This document shows, piece after piece, positions 1 to 14,337 of a DNA stretch of 64,000 nucleotides. The translations under genes were made by a program, and so were the position numbers. Every line of letters starts with the position of its first letter. The stretch's first letter is position 1. Under the pieces are notes generated by a model. That model saw only the letters and a list, made by a program, of their open reading frames with translations. It ran no database searches and was not told the DNA's origin. Source of the DNA: the human T2T-CHM13v2.0 reference genome, Homo sapiens; assembly GCF_009914755.1 (NCBI RefSeq), contig NC_060929.1. One strand, given 5' to 3'.

Positions 1-810
1 CTCTGTCTCAAAAAAAAAAAAAAAAAAAAAAAAAAAACCCAAACCAAAACAAAATCTGTTCTTATGAACATTTAGAATTTTTCTTGCCTGCCAGTTCTTG
101 ACCAAGTTCTGTGTTCAGCCCTTGCTTCCTTAAAAGATAAAAATTTTAAAGGAGAAGGTAACTGTATTGTCATATTAATATGGTTCTACTGTTAATATCC
201 ACTATTTACCAGAATAGCCAGTTATTACCAAAGAAAATAGAGTTTCAGGGAACTGGGATATGGGAAAGATTGTTTTTGATTATAAGGAGAGTGACGATAG
301 GAAAGGCGAGGATCTCTGCCACTGTCTAGGAAGATCCGGAGCCACACTGAAACAGAACACTCTGGGCAGTCCAGGAATTAGGAGGATGCTACCAGGAGTT
401 TTGATGAAATGAGACCTCACAGTAACTGTGGAATTAGAGGGCCGAAGAAATCTGAGGAAATCTGAGGAAATTATTTTATCTTCCTATCCAATTTATCAAG
501 CTGAGATAATAGTGACAGGAACAATGACAAATTTAGCATTTCTTACCTGCCAAGCACTTGTGTTCATTAACATTTCATTTACTTTGCATAATAACCCACA
601 GGAGTAGATATTATCATACCCATTTCACAAGTGAGGTAATTGGGGGTCAAAAGAAATTTTTCAAAGTCTCACAAAAACAGAGCTGGAACCTGAACCTGGG
701 TCCAGCCCGACACCAAAACCCACAGTTTTTGCTGCTTGGGTGTACTACCTCCCTGCAGCCTCAGCCTTCCCACCTCCAGCTAAGGAACTCCCCACTTCTC
801 AAGGCAATGC

Positions 811-813
<3 letters not shown>

Positions 814-841
<28 letters not shown>

Positions 842-1122
842 GAGACAGAGTCTTGCTCTGTTGCCCAGGCTGGAGTGCAGTTGTACGATCTTGGCTCACT
901 GCAACCTCTGTCTCCCGGGGTCAAGTGATCCTCCTGCCTCAGCCTCCTGAGTAGCTGGGATTACAGGCACCTGCCACCATGTCCAGCTAATTTTTGTATT
1001 TTTAGTAGAGATGGGGTTTCACCATATTGGCCAGGCTGGTCTCAAACTCCTGACCTCAAGTGATCCTCCTGTCTCGGCCTCCCAAAGTGCTGGGATTACA
1101 GGCGTGAGCTACTGCTCCTGGC
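814..1122 (-). mobile_element. Alu (AluS-like)
   Basis: Poly-T followed by reverse-complement Alu dimer. Confidence 0.93.
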
Positions 1123-2129
1123 TGCATTGTATTTTCAAAGAACTCTCATTTCAGAAAGTCTTCCTTCTGCCTAACCAAATATTTAAACAGTTCTGCTCTT
1201 CCAGGTAATACGGTCTATTCCACCTTCTACCATTCTTTAAATATTTTAAGGCATTCATCAGGTGTCCCATGAAGACTTTTGGGTGTGCCAAGCCAAATTT
1301 AACTTTCCAGGTGCCCTCAATTATTCCTCATGTGACACAGTTTCAAGATCTGTTCCGGAGGTGTGGGCTCATCTGTCTGCATTTGGAAATGTCCTGCTTT
1401 AAGTGTGGGATGTGAAACCAAACTAATATCCCACATGTGGTCTTTCTAACTGAGCCCAGCTGGCTTGAAGCTGGGTGCCTCTGAAGGCAGCCAGACTGGG
1501 AGAAGCAAGCTTTCCTTTGCTGGGCTTCTTCACTGATGCTGAGCCCCTCTGGGCATGTTCTTGTTTCTGTTTCTGCTGGAATCTGAGCTGCACTGGGCAT
1601 GACACGTCTACTCTTCCACAGAGAAAGAGTTGTGAATAGAATTCCAGTTTTCTCCTTTGACATCACAAAAGTCCCTGAGGAGGAAGAGGGTTTTGGTGTC
1701 TTCCTCCCCGCCTGGAGGCCCTCTGGAGAATCTCAGACAAGTCTTCCTAAGATCCAATCTTCCTGGTTATAAAAGATCTTCTCAGAAGACTTCCCCAGCC
1801 ACCTGAAATAAAGGTGCTTCCATTTGGAAGACCAAGTCTATAAAATAAACAGGGACATTGGAATTGGGGAGCAACTTTAGAACTCGAAAGAACCACAGGG
1901 TTCTGTGGAAGTGCTCTGTGGCTCTGGGAGCTCAGTGCAGCAGACACGGTGAAATGTCATCCAAATGACTATTGAGACCCCTTCTGAGGATTCTGGGGGT
2001 GATGCGTCTGTAGCATTTTAGTAATAATTCCTCCTTACATGTGAAAGCACATAACAGGTTTCCAAGCACCTTTCAGTTAATCAGCTCATTCTGTGCTTCC
2101 ACTCCACCCACATCCCTTTTCTTTTCCTT

Positions 2130-2430
2130 TAAATTTTTGCAGGTGCATAGTAGGTATATATATTTATGGGGTACATGGGATGCTTTCATACAGCCATGCA
2201 ATCTGTAATAATCACATCATGGAAAACAGGATATCCATCCCTTCAAGCATTTATCCTTTGTGTTACAAACAATCCAATTGTACTCATTTAGTTATTTAAA
2301 AATATATAATTGAATTATTATTGACTATAGTCACCGTTGTGCTATCACATACTAGGTCTTAATCATTCTATTTTGTTTTGTTTTGTTTTTTTTCTGGTAC
2401 CCATTAACCATCCCCATCTCCCCCCAACCC
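2130..2430 (-). mobile_element. Old L1 (L1MA-like) 3' end fragment
   Basis: Similar to L1MA 3'UTR (tatttatggggtacatg...tgactatagtcacc). Confidence 0.6.
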
Positions 2431-5400
2431 TCACTTTTATTTTCTATGAATAATAGGGGCAGTCACCCCAGATTTGTTTCCCTGTGCCATTTTGGAAATA
2501 CATTTGATTATTTAAACATTTTGTTGTTTATTTATATATTTAGGGTGGGAACTCCTTCACTAAGAGTGCCATTGTAACAGTCACCTCGTGGTCTCTCTGC
2601 TGACTCAGGGGATAATATTTTTCCTTCTTCAAAGTAGCCCTGGGAAAACCTGTTAAATATCCAAGTATAAGGCTACTTACAGGCATTGGAATGGTCCATA
2701 CTCTCTGTGAGAAAAGAATCTCATAGAGTGAAGGAGAGACTGGTTTTCTTTTTTCTTTTTGAGAGAGTGCTTTAAAGTGTTCTTAAATATTATAGCAAAA
2801 TTGTCCCAAGGAACAAAGAATGTATCACTCATTCTGTCTTGTCTTCCTTTTTTTTCTCCCTTCTTTGGCTTCTGTGTCCTACTGGATAATGCCTTTGGGA
2901 ATGTGGGGTATCAGTTGACTGCTATAATCTCAGCATTCTACCCAGTATTTGAGATTGGATTCAGGGAGAACACCTTCCACTCTGAGCAAATCCTGATCGC
3001 CAACCCTCCCAGAGCAAACTGGTTTTGATAAATACTCGTTGGCCAGTATCTGCATACAGAGGCATATCAAAGGCAAGGCCAATGCACCTCCACCCATGAA
3101 CACTGAATCTCATTCTCCCCCTTTGTAATAAAGGACTGCACTGCTTATTCTAGAATGTGGATTATAAAGGTGCTGGAAGATGGAGTGCTATGGAGAGGAG
3201 CTTGTGGCATATGTGTTTTTCTGAGCTGTCACTTCTGTGAGCTGGGCTGGAGTATTGTCCTGTCAAGTCCTGTCATGATCTAAGTATCAAAGGAGCCACC
3301 CACAAGTGGTAAGTCAGACTAGTCTCTCTCTTCTTTACATTACTTGCTGGATCCCAAGGAGGTCACTGCTGTACTGGTTATAATAGCCTGTCTTTTCTTT
3401 AGACATAATCCTCTCTTCCTTAGGATCGCATGCAGTGGTGAAGAAATATTCTCAGTGACTGTTGTGGGTTTGCCTTCCCCAAGACAGAGATAGCCCAGTT
3501 CCAGGGTTGAGCTTCTCAAACAGAAGCACACATACCTCCAGGATACCCTGGTAGGCATCTAGGAATAATAAAGCTATGAGATCCATATGACTTTGGGGGC
3601 ATTCATTAAAAAAAAAAAGTTTAGGGGAAACATAGTTCAGTAGTTTGGCCAGTACAAAATTTGAAAAATTTTATTTATAGTAACTAAACTTAGTTATGTT
3701 ATGGAATCAGAGACACATTTTGTAGGAATTTTGGGGATTAAAAAATGAGATCAGGGATATTTCCTTCTTGCCCTGGGCCACTTTATGCTGATTCTCTAGC
3801 ATCTACTTTGTCTCCTCCACTGTCAGGACCATATCTGTGGAAAAGTCAGGGATGCACACAGCCCAAGGGGGTTCAGTCAGGGGAGGTGATGACTGGCCGA
3901 ATCCTGCTGATACAGAAAAGCAGCATGCTCTTGCATGGAGTGAAGCCCAGGGGAGACCAGCAGCTGGCCAGGAGCCGCCTGCAGAAGTCATTCTCTCATT
4001 AATCCAGCCTGTTTCGAACAGCTGCCCCAGGTGGAAACATCCACACACCCTGGACTGTCCCCCTACTAGAGGGTCCACACCTGGGAACTGACTGCTATTT
4101 TAGTTTTATGCCATGTTCACTGCTGTTTAAAAATTAGACAAACAACATGGCTCGGGATGAAGGCTCCATCTGGCAGATTCTGCCACGAGGAAAATTAAGT
4201 GGTGCAGTGCTAAATGGCTTTCTGAGAGGAGATAGGGATTATTAAGAGGTAAATAAACAGCAAGAGAGGTTTGTAGCCAACTGGATGCCATGGGGGAGCA
4301 GGTGAAAGGCGAAATAGAGGGAGGAGAGGATGCTGAAGGCTCCATTTCTCAAGCATCTGGATTTTATTAAGAGAGTTTCAGGCAACTAGAGTAGAGGGGA
4401 TTTTTCAGAAGGATTAGTTAACTTGCGGAACTTCCCATTCCACACAGGATGATGAGCTGGCCTGGCTGTCCTTCAGGAAGCTCGAATGCCAGGCCCAGAA
4501 TGCTCAGTGCCATGTCACTAACCCAGGGTGAGAGAGGAATGCCCGACAGAGTGACTGCAGCATAGGGATTGAGAGAGGCTTTGAATCCTGGCTTCTCTGC
4601 TTACAACTTGTGTGACCTACAGATCACAATGGGGTTGGGGAGGTGGATTAGACTTGCAGGGCTCAGGGAAGCACCAGAAAGAAACAGCTGAGGCCAGAGA
4701 AGCAGGGGGGTGGGGGAGGGGGGGCGACCAGGACCCCTGGCTGGGCTGGAAATAGTGGAGGACACATGTGATATTTACCAATCTGAGGATGCCTAGATAT
4801 ATCTGTGGAGAGCTGAGGATTAGGGTGGGAGGACTGAGGTTCTAAGTCAGCAGATTGGAGCTGAATGGCATGGTCACTGGGACGTTTTTATTAATGGGAC
4901 CTCATTCATACCCAGAAGCTAGTGAGGGCTGGAACATTTGGGTTACATTAATACAGTATAAAGTTCTTTATATTGGGAGGATGTTTGAAGCCCCAGGTCT
5001 GGGGATAACCCACTCCTGACCTTTTTGACCATGTGGTGGCAGTAAAGAAAGCAGAACTGCACATAGAATGTCACTAAGCAGTGATGGCCATGGAAACACA
5101 GTGCTTCAGAGGACATGGAAGTCACAGGTGCCATCCAGCAAGATCATAGCCATGGGTTACGATTCTTCAGCCTGGGGGTATTCAAGGATATGAATTGCCT
5201 CCCAAATGCTCATCCTTTAACCTCTGCAGATCCAAATGCTGCCTTTCTCTTTTCACTCCTGGGCACTGGACATGACGGTGCACATCTTGTTGCCACACTT
5301 CCCTGTATATTACCATCCTATTTCCTAATTGTCGTGTGCATCTTCTATTTTAAAGTACGTAAGAAGCTTGCTAAGAGCTGCGATGATCCTGGGTCTTATA

Positions 5401-7216
5401 TTTCTATATGCACATAGGGTTGGGTATAGTGTTTAGCACATGGGGAGTGTTTAGTAAATATCAATTGATTCCTTGTATATTTTTCTTGAATACAGGTAGT
5501 AGAAAGGCAGTTTTTCCTAACCTTTGGCCATTTTAACATCTTTGTTATAGATACCCTAGTGGAGACTTCTAACAATGATATTTTAAATTATTAGCTTACA
5601 TGTATTGACTACCTATAATGAACCCAGCATTTAACCTCCATTACAGGTTAGCTGCCTAATAATGGAATAGCTTTTATTTTTATCATTATCCCTATTTCAT
5701 AGATGATGAAACAGGCTCAGAAAGTTATCTAACTTGCATAAGGTCACACAGGTGTGTCTACAAGGACAGATGAGTGATGGTGGTGGGAGTGACATGGCTC
5801 AGCATGGTCTCGTGGCTCTGTTTTGGAGTGAGGCATGAAGCTGATTGAGCCTCAGAAGAAGGTGACATAAACCTAGCAGAGGTTGGGTTGAGAACAGGAG
5901 CCTCACCTTTTGGAATTCTGATCTCCTTAATGGCAAAACAGAGGCCATAAATCCTTACCCGTGGACATACAAATCATGCCTGATGACAAGAGTGCGGAGC
6001 ATCAGGGACACCTGAATTCTTGTTTTATGACTCTCCCACCCAGTGAGTTTTGGGGAGGACCTAAAGCATTCTCTCCTGAAATGACAAGCTGAATTCGCCC
6101 AAATGGTTTATGGCCTTCTGTGAGCACAGGGTGAGGCAGTGGGAGTAGCATGGGCACCTGCAAAATGGATGCTTCAGAAAGGAGCCTGGTTTGTTGGTGC
6201 CAAGTGTAGAGCAAAGGCCTGAAGGCTGGATGCAATGGTCTGCTGGTCTGTAAGTCCAGCCAACTGCACTTTTCATAGCCAGGAATGATAATGGATGTTT
6301 TTCTGTTGTCTGCATTTTTCAGAGTCCTCCCCGAGGCCCATTTTGTTATATTATTAGAGCTTGGAGTCGAGTTCTATGGTTAAAGATTTTTTTGTCTTCT
6401 TTCATGCAGTTCCAAACTCGAGCCTGTGGTCATTCTTTCTTACTCCCCTTGGGTTAAGCTCATGATGACTTCTGCCTATCAAGGCTACCGAACTCTCCTT
6501 AGCAATATTTAAGCTAACATTTTATGAGTGCCACAGGCACAAAGCTAAGCATTTTACATGCAGTAACTCATTTAATACCTGCAGGCAGCAACCCCAGAAT
6601 ATACTTTTAGGGCAAAGATAGGCTTATGACTGTATTTTGATGTTCAGATAGCCCTGGCAAAGCTTAAATTCTGCCTGGTCAATCAGTTCATCTTCTTTTG
6701 GGGGTTTCCTTGAGGGCTGTTATTCAGAGGAAATATTAGTACCAAATTGCAGCTTTATTAACAGCTGTACAAATATGATATTCTAACATAGAGTCTATGT
6801 TAAGAAGTTGAGTTGGACCAAGTGGCTGAGGCTATGAGCCAGATGAGGCCACCTACATCCCTTTTCTGAATCTAAATCTTGGTGTGGGTATGTTCAAGTG
6901 TGCTGTGGCCAGAAATAAAAGAAAGAGGGCTAACCTCTAGACAGTTTTGCTGAATTCAGATTTTAAAATTCTGCCACATAGACTAGCAGGAAAAATGAGA
7001 GCGCAAAGCATAGATTTTGCTTTTAAATCATTATAACCCTGTCCACTGGTATCTGTGGCTCAGTGAATGTCCTTGGCTTTTCCCACTAAAACTATAGAAC
7101 TAGCAATTCCACCCTTGTATGTGTAGGACACACAGCAAAAAAGATAAAGCCTCAGGCTGGGGTTGGCATTGAAAAAGTTAAGCTTGAGATGATTGGAAAT
7201 TAAAAAAAAAATTACT

Positions 7217-7510
7217 GGCTGGGCGTGGTGGCTCACGCCATAATACCAGCACTTTGGGAGACCGAAGTGGGAGGACCACTTGAGGCCAGGAGTTTGAGAT
7301 CAGCTTGGTCAATATAGTGAAACCCCGTCTCTACTAAAAATACAAAAATTACCCGGGCATGATGGTGCATGCCTGTAATCCCAGCTACTCGGGAGGCTGA
7401 GGCAGGAGAATCCCCAGCCCGGGAGGCAGAGGTTGCAGTGAGTCAAGACTGCGCCACTGCACTCCAGCCTGGGCTCAAAACAAAACAAAACAGAACAAAA
7501 AACAAAAAAA
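7217..7510 (+). mobile_element. Alu (S/J-like) with CAAAA-patterned tail
   Basis: ggctgggcgtggtggctcacgcc start; TSD aaaaaattact. Confidence 0.92.
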
Positions 7511-9689
7511 TTACTTAGTACTACTTATGGTGCAGGCACTGAGCTAAACAATTTATAAAGATAATCTCATTGGATCCACATGACCCTGGGAGTCAGGGGC
7601 TAGTATCGGCCCCATTTTATATAGGTTGAAATGGAGGCTCAAGTGACCAAGTATCTGCATAGGCCACATATTTGGTAAATGGCAGCTCTGAGAAAAGCCC
7701 AGGTCCCATGTCAAAGCCCTCCATGCCAAGCATCCAGTAAGGTCATTGCTTTACTCACCCTGTGGCATTGCATCCTGAAGTTTATTTCTATAGCTTCATT
7801 ATTTTCAAGCCCTCTTATATGTCATCTGAACACCTTTTCACAAAATATGCCAGAGAGATATTATGATCACTATTTAAAGATGAAACACATGGGGCCCCAA
7901 CTGCTTAAGTGGCTTCATTTAGGTCATGTAGTTAATTAGTGACATAACCAGGATCAGGACCTCTGGCTTCCTCCCTTGTAGGTTTCCCTGAGGACACAGG
8001 TGCAAACTCACAGACAAAAGAAAACAGACAAAAGAAAACAGGTTGCAGGCCAGGCCAGGCTAGGCCCTCGGTGCTATGCTGTCAGAAAGCTGTTTATTTT
8101 AGCAGCTGCCTGACTTACAGAAGACAGATGCTCCAAGTCTCAGTAAAAAGTCAGATTAAAAAAATATATAATCTATATTATTCTTCCACTAAGTTTCTAT
8201 CATTTCTTGGTCCTGGTCTTTCTAATACCAGCATAAGCCACACATACAACATTTCATTGACACAGGAACAGGCTGTGAGCTGAAATATGTTCCCTCTGCC
8301 TGGCTAAATGTTGCTCCTCCTTCAGGGCTCTCCTGAAATTTTACTTCTTTTACTGAAAGCTTCCCTTGGCCTTGACGTTTCTGCAGGTGGGTGGGTCACC
8401 ACATCCTCTGCACTTCTGTGTCCCTTTGCAGGTAGGCTACCGAAGCACGTGGGACATTGTAGCTATTTGTAAGTTCCTCGTGACCCCTAGACTGAGAGTC
8501 CTTTGAGGGCACATAAGGTTTGCCATGGCAATGCACACACTAAGTCTTGAATTAAAATTTGCTGAATAGATGAATAAGTGAGTGACCAGCTGCTGAAACT
8601 GTGGAGGGCTTAGGTTTCATTACAATAAGGAACCACCCTGGATTCCCTCAGTTCCCATTCCCTGCTCTGTACTGCATGTTTTCTGAATACAAATAAAAAT
8701 TTACTAAGCTGGATGGAAAAATACAAATCTGTGGCTGGTATGGTTTCTAGATTCATTAAACTGAGCCCTGGGAGAAGCTAAACTAATACAATTCTGAAGC
8801 TAATCTCTCCTCGAAGTCATTCCATAAATCTGATTAATGGGTCACCTTTAGACCACAAACACGGTTGCTATATTAAAAGAAAATGCTCTAACGGGATTGT
8901 AATTCTGTCAACAAGGCTTCTGCTGTTTGCAAAAAGACATTTCCTCACAGTATAAACAAGTCTAGGGTGGATGATGCATGGGCTTAGGTCATGAGCAAAA
9001 TTCCAAGGGCTCTAGTATTCAATTGCACAAAAATGAAAAAAAAAAGCATCAGTTGCTCAAATGTGTAAATTTGAGGTGAAATAAATAAAATGGATAGGGC
9101 TAGGGCATGAGATGTAATTTCTTATGTTGCTTCCCAGAAAAAAAAAAATTGTCCTCTTAAATCTTGTATTCTTTTCCTGACATCTGTCATGTGTCCTTGA
9201 TATGGCAAAAGGATATGTCTTTTAGCATCCATCAGTTAAGATAATAACTAACACTTATCTATTTAATAGCATGTCTTAGCTTCCTCTGTTGGGGTCTTTC
9301 ATAGAATCAATCCACTTCAGAGGTGGAAAAACTTTAGGGACATATAGTATAGAATGTCCCAAGATGTGTATATTCCTGCTAATACGTGGAAAGCAATTTA
9401 CAAAGAGTCAAGTCTCAAAAATATTTTAAAGTGATAGTGTTGAGGACATTGAGGTGGCTTCTCCAACATCTGTTCCTCATTCTGCTGGAAACTATCTTAT
9501 TTTTAAAAAAACTTTGGCTTTTACATCTTCCTGGAATGGCCCATAGGCTTTCAGGGAAGCTGACTTCATGCTGGGCTCTGTGGGTGGGGACTGTGGCTCA
9601 GGTATAACCTAGTTAGTACAATCCCATCTCTTGCCCCTAGGGATTGGTTTAGGGATGAACAAGTGAGGCCACTGAGATGTGAGGAGGCT

Positions 9690-10025
9690 CTAGGGAGTAG
9701 TAAGCTTCCTTGACCTTCCAAGATGGCTACCAGAAGTGTCTTTCTTTCTCTTTTCATACATGATCACATGTAGATGTGAGGGCTGGAGCTGCTGCAGCCA
9801 TTTCGTTGCCATGAGAGAAGTCTCCCTGAGAGTTAAGATGACACTGAGGAGGGCTGAATGAAAAGGATTGGTGAGAGCTGGATCTAGGACGCTGATTGAA
9901 CCATGCTGATCACCCTCCTACCTCAGGACACTTGTAATGACTTAAGCCAAGGAAGTCTCTTCGTTGTTTAAACCTGTTAAAATGGAAGTTTCTCCTACTT
10001 GTGGCAAAGAACATCTCAACTGACA
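9690..10025 (+). mobile_element. MLT1-type (ERVL-MaLR) LTR remnant
   Basis: MLT1-like phrases (ggagctgctgcagccatt..., tttaaacc...acttgtggcaaagaacatctcaactgaca). Confidence 0.5.
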
Positions 10026-11559
10026 GCTGGGTTAAACAAAGCTGATAGGCTACTTACTGAGGGTCATCCTAGAACCTTTATTCTATTAATGTGTAAATTT
10101 ATTTGGCTATGGGTTCTGTTCTTTCTCAGTCCATCTCACAGGACAAGATCTAGTCTGACTCCCAAATTTCACAAAAGTGGAAACTGAGGTCTATATGTTT
10201 AAATGACTTTCCTAAGCTATTAATAGTTAGTCTGAGATCTGGGCCTAGACTACAGGCCTCTGCCTCCCAGGCCTGCATTCTTACCTCAAGGTCATACCCT
10301 CTCTCTGTCCCTTGAGGATGAACTTCAAAAGAAGAACCTAGGGCCAGAAGTGATGGCATGCCTGCAATCCCACCTACTTGGGAGTTTGAAGAGGACAGCT
10401 CAAGCCAAGTTCTAGACCAGCCTGGGCAACGTACCAAGACCCCTGCCCCCACTGCCCACCTCAAAAAAGCATCAACAAAAAAAGAAACTTATTATTCTTT
10501 TGCAGAGACTCCAGATTTCTAGAATATTTTGAAGCAAAGTTTGCAAGTTTTTGGGCTCATAAGCAAAATAGAACTTTAGGTTTCAAAAAAATAGGTCTGA
10601 AGTGTTTGAAAAAATTACATCAGTTACAAAATAATATAAAATCAGTTAAAAGTCAGGTTATTTCAAATAAAAATATTAATTTTTAGCTGCCCTAATAAAG
10701 CTCAGACAATCTGGCAACAACACTAGGCCTGTACTTCTACATAATAACAATTAGCAGAAGCTAAGTGACCAGCTCTGCCTCCTAGGATAAATGCATGGCC
10801 TCCCCACTTTGCCATAGTCACCACCATTCCCTATTGCCTCCTAACACTGATGCCAACTGTCATTGGCCATTTATCAGTCCGTGAGTAATACTGCTTTTTA
10901 TAAACTATTCAGTCCATTTAATTACCTATCTGGTCCCTGTAGCCAATTATTTTTGTATACTTGAAAAAGTAAAAATTCCCAAACTTAGATATTAAAAAAT
11001 ATTTCCAAAGCCCAGTAAATGTAAAGCAACACTGAGTTAATCAAAGACGAACAGGTTTCTTTGCTGTGTCTTTTCTTAGTCCTTCATGGGCTATGGGTCC
11101 ATTGGAGGAGGGCCAGCATATATAATTTGGCCATGCACGTATTTTTTCGGAGACTATTTCTTTGTCACTGTTATTCCACTGAATACACTTTGGGAAATAC
11201 TGCTATGAAAACTCCATGCTCCTCCCTGCCAGTGAGCTGGTGGACTAATGTTTCTTTTTTCTAGATTGTTATCATCTTGGTTTTCCGATGTTCCCTGGAA
11301 GCTATTTTGGAAACAACAACAGCAGCCTGGCCTAGGTCCTGCCAGCTCCCAGCACAGATGAGTCTGTGGTCTAATCCACACTGAGATTATTCCCAAGAAC
11401 CAGGCCATGATTCTGCGATATTCTGGCAGAGCGAGGAGAACAGGACCAGGCTCACTGCAGCCCACGTGCATTCCTCCCTGAGGCACCAGCTTCCTGGCTT
11501 GCCACTGTGTATATTCCATGGAAAAAAAACAAGACAGTAAGGTGGAAAACAAAAAGTGA

Positions 11560-11988
<429 letters not shown>

Positions 11989-12838
11989 TCATCCTCTCTT
12001 TATAATTTTCATATTCAAAGGCGAGGAACGACTAAATGTTAACTCTGGCTGTCCAGTGTGCTCATAACATTCAAGACAATTGGATCTAGCTGGAAAAAAA
12101 AATTATCCTTCAGATTAATTTTTCTAAACGTGCAACTGTGTCCCTCCAAGCAAAGAGACAAGAAGCTCATTTGCTGCTGAGGGATGAACATGGAGTTTCT
12201 TGCAGGGGTTCTTGGATGATATTGGTAAATACCATCTAAAGTCATTGTATTAGATACTCATCTTGGAGGTTTCCCCTGGCTACAATTTTCCAAGTGGAGT
12301 TTGACTCATAAATCCTTTCAGCAGCCAGCTCTAAGCTGGCCACCTTTCACTCCCCTGGAGAAGAGAACCCCTCCTTAGAAGTAAGCAGTGCCTAAATGGC
12401 TGGAGTACATACCTCGAAGCAAGCCTCTTTCATTCTAACAAGGACCAGAGCCAGTGCGGAATGTCTGCTGAACTGGGCTGGAGAGTCAAAAGGAATGAGA
12501 TGGCCTAGGGTGCTGCTTGTGAGACATGGATGTTTTCCTTCTTCAGCAAGAAGTCAAGCTCTTACCTGCTAGAGACTCCATCATCTTAGGCTGCCAACTG
12601 CTAGCTCTGAAGGTGCTTTGTCCCTCTAGTCTCTCTGTGAGCCCAGACTCAACTCCCTTGCTTCTTTTAGGACTATGTGGGTTATCACAAAGTTGAGACA
12701 CACTCTAACTCTGTCTTCTTTCCTTGCCAAGTGAGAGCATGTCCTATCCTGACAACCTAGTTTAGTCATTTGCTCAATGAAACCTTTGTAGAACAATGAC
12801 ATGTATAAAATGACATTAAATAAATGTCTAATGACATC

Positions 12839-12960
12839 AGATAGTCCAGTCATCCTAGAGTTTAATTCTTCAGATTTCAACTCACCCTAAAAAATATTGC
12901 ATCTCTGTGCTTAATAATATGAGCACTTACACAAGTTAAAACAAGGTTTCTCAGCTTCAG
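12839..12960 (+). repeat. Copy 1 of a 122-bp local direct duplication (copy 2 at 14487-14607)
   Basis: Manual alignment: about 16 differences in 122 nt (about 87%). Confidence 0.9.
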
Positions 12961-13672
12961 GACAGGTGGTGTGCAGTCTTTGCTTTGGTTAAGACAACAT
13001 CAGGGAGAACTCCCAAAAACAGAGTTAGTGATGAAGGAAACGTTGGGTTTGACATTCTAAAAATAATGCAATTTCAGCTTGCATTTACTGAGCATTTGTT
13101 GTATGTCATACACTGTGCTAAGTATTTTCTAAGAATTATCTCCTGCAACTCTCACAACCACCTCAGGAATTGTTCAAATTTTAGGAATTACAAAATGAAT
13201 TTCAGAGGTTATATTGCTTGTCTAAAGTCAGGCAGTTAGTAAGTACTGGAGGCTGTTCAACTCAGGCAGTGGGTCTCCTGTTGTGCTTCTCCTAACACAA
13301 TACTCCATTGCTCCCCCAAATACAGTGATGCCTCTTCCCTCCCAGTGTCCTCAACCAGCCTTAAATGTGCTCATGGCCACACTGGGTTAAGAGGAGATGA
13401 GAATATATGCAAAACTGTTAAATGTTAGACACATTTGAAATAGTGAAGAAAATGCTACATGATAAAGACCTCCTAATTTTAAAAGACTGACTCAATCCTC
13501 CTTTTTTCTGGATTGTAGACTATAAAGCTCACTGTAGAGAACTGAACAGCTTCCCTGAAATAAAATAATGATATCTCCCTACTCCATCCCTTCTACAAAC
13601 AGTAACTGCAGTGATAGCAGCCACAAAAAGATCAGGCTGGGCCCAAGACTTCCCCAGAGTTTTTTGCTTTAC

Positions 13673-14058
13673 CTGCTGTAGATGAGGCACTCTCGGTTAT
13701 TGATGACTTTATCCGATTTGTACCTCCGGAGGTCTTCCCAAGCGTCCTTGATGGCAGTGACTGCCAGGATAACACAGATTGGTATCATGCTCACCTCAGG
13801 CTGGAAAGCATTGACCACAGGGATAAAATTCAGAACCGCAATGCCCACAAAATAGAGATTGGCAAACCGGTGTAGCTGCTCAAAAATGTTTTTGGGGACG
13901 AAGGACAACACGGTGTACTTGCTGGTCTTGATTTGATTCCCACGATGATGTCTGTTGGGGTTCTCTTTGTGAGACCATCCTTCAAAGAGCAAGTTAGAGA
14001 CCACTACTCGCTTCTTGTCTTCTTTTCTTTTCCACCTTTTCCTCCCTTCCTTTTTCAT
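13673..14058 (-). CDS. ATP10B: Alternative N-terminal coding exon of ATP10B (386 nt CDS; N-terminus plus TM1-TM2 in one exon: [12 protein letters not shown]...[10 protein letters not shown])
   Basis: Intact 129-aa ORF homologous to the two canonical exons ([27 protein letters not shown]; [17 protein letters not shown]); phase-2 donor AGCAG|gtaaag at the homologous Arg; candidate acceptor ttttcatttttag| at 14155. Confidence 0.88.
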
Positions 14059-14222
14059 CTCTGCTCAATGTTGTCTTTTTAATTCTCATAATTTAATTTT
14101 CATCTTTTACTTGCCTTCTTTGCTGAAAATTTTTCTCTCTTCTTTCAGAAGGATACTAAAAATGAAAAGCCAGGCTGCAAACCCCAGGGGAGAAACATGA
14201 CAAGGAAAGAGCCTGCAGAGAA

Positions 14223-14337
14223 CAGGTGTGTATCCACCAGGCCACTTCCTTCTACTTGTTTGAGACTCCACCTGTTGGAATGTAGACGTCACCTACAGGT
14301 GTCTTCCTTTTCCACCCTGGGCAGCCAAGAACAGGTG
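14223..14337. promoter_or_regulatory. Candidate regulatory cluster upstream of the alternative exon: 4 CAGGTG/CACCTG E-boxes, ETS core ACTTCCT, CRE-like GACGTCA
   Basis: CAGGTG at 14223, 14296, 14332; CACCTG at 14269; ACTTCCT at 14244; GACGTCA at 14285. Motif evidence only. Confidence 0.35.

Noticed and set aside
447-471. Short tandem duplications (gaaatctgag x2; also 8011-8041 and 60378-60420)
   Set aside because: Ordinary slippage products with no sign of function.
558-1208. ORFs with poly-Phe and LECS..AHCNL / FHHIGQAGL peptides (similar ones at 11688, 32315, 34004, 35821, 48054, 54239)
   Set aside because: Translations of Alu sequence, not genes.
4704-4724. G-run cluster as a possible G-quadruplex
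   Set aside because: Isolated intronic G-tract with no supporting context.
13669-14058. Alternative exon as a processed pseudogene of ATP10A or an independent gene
   Set aside because: No poly(A) or TSD, no disablements, and homology stops exactly at a GT donor in the phase of the ATP10B exon boundary.
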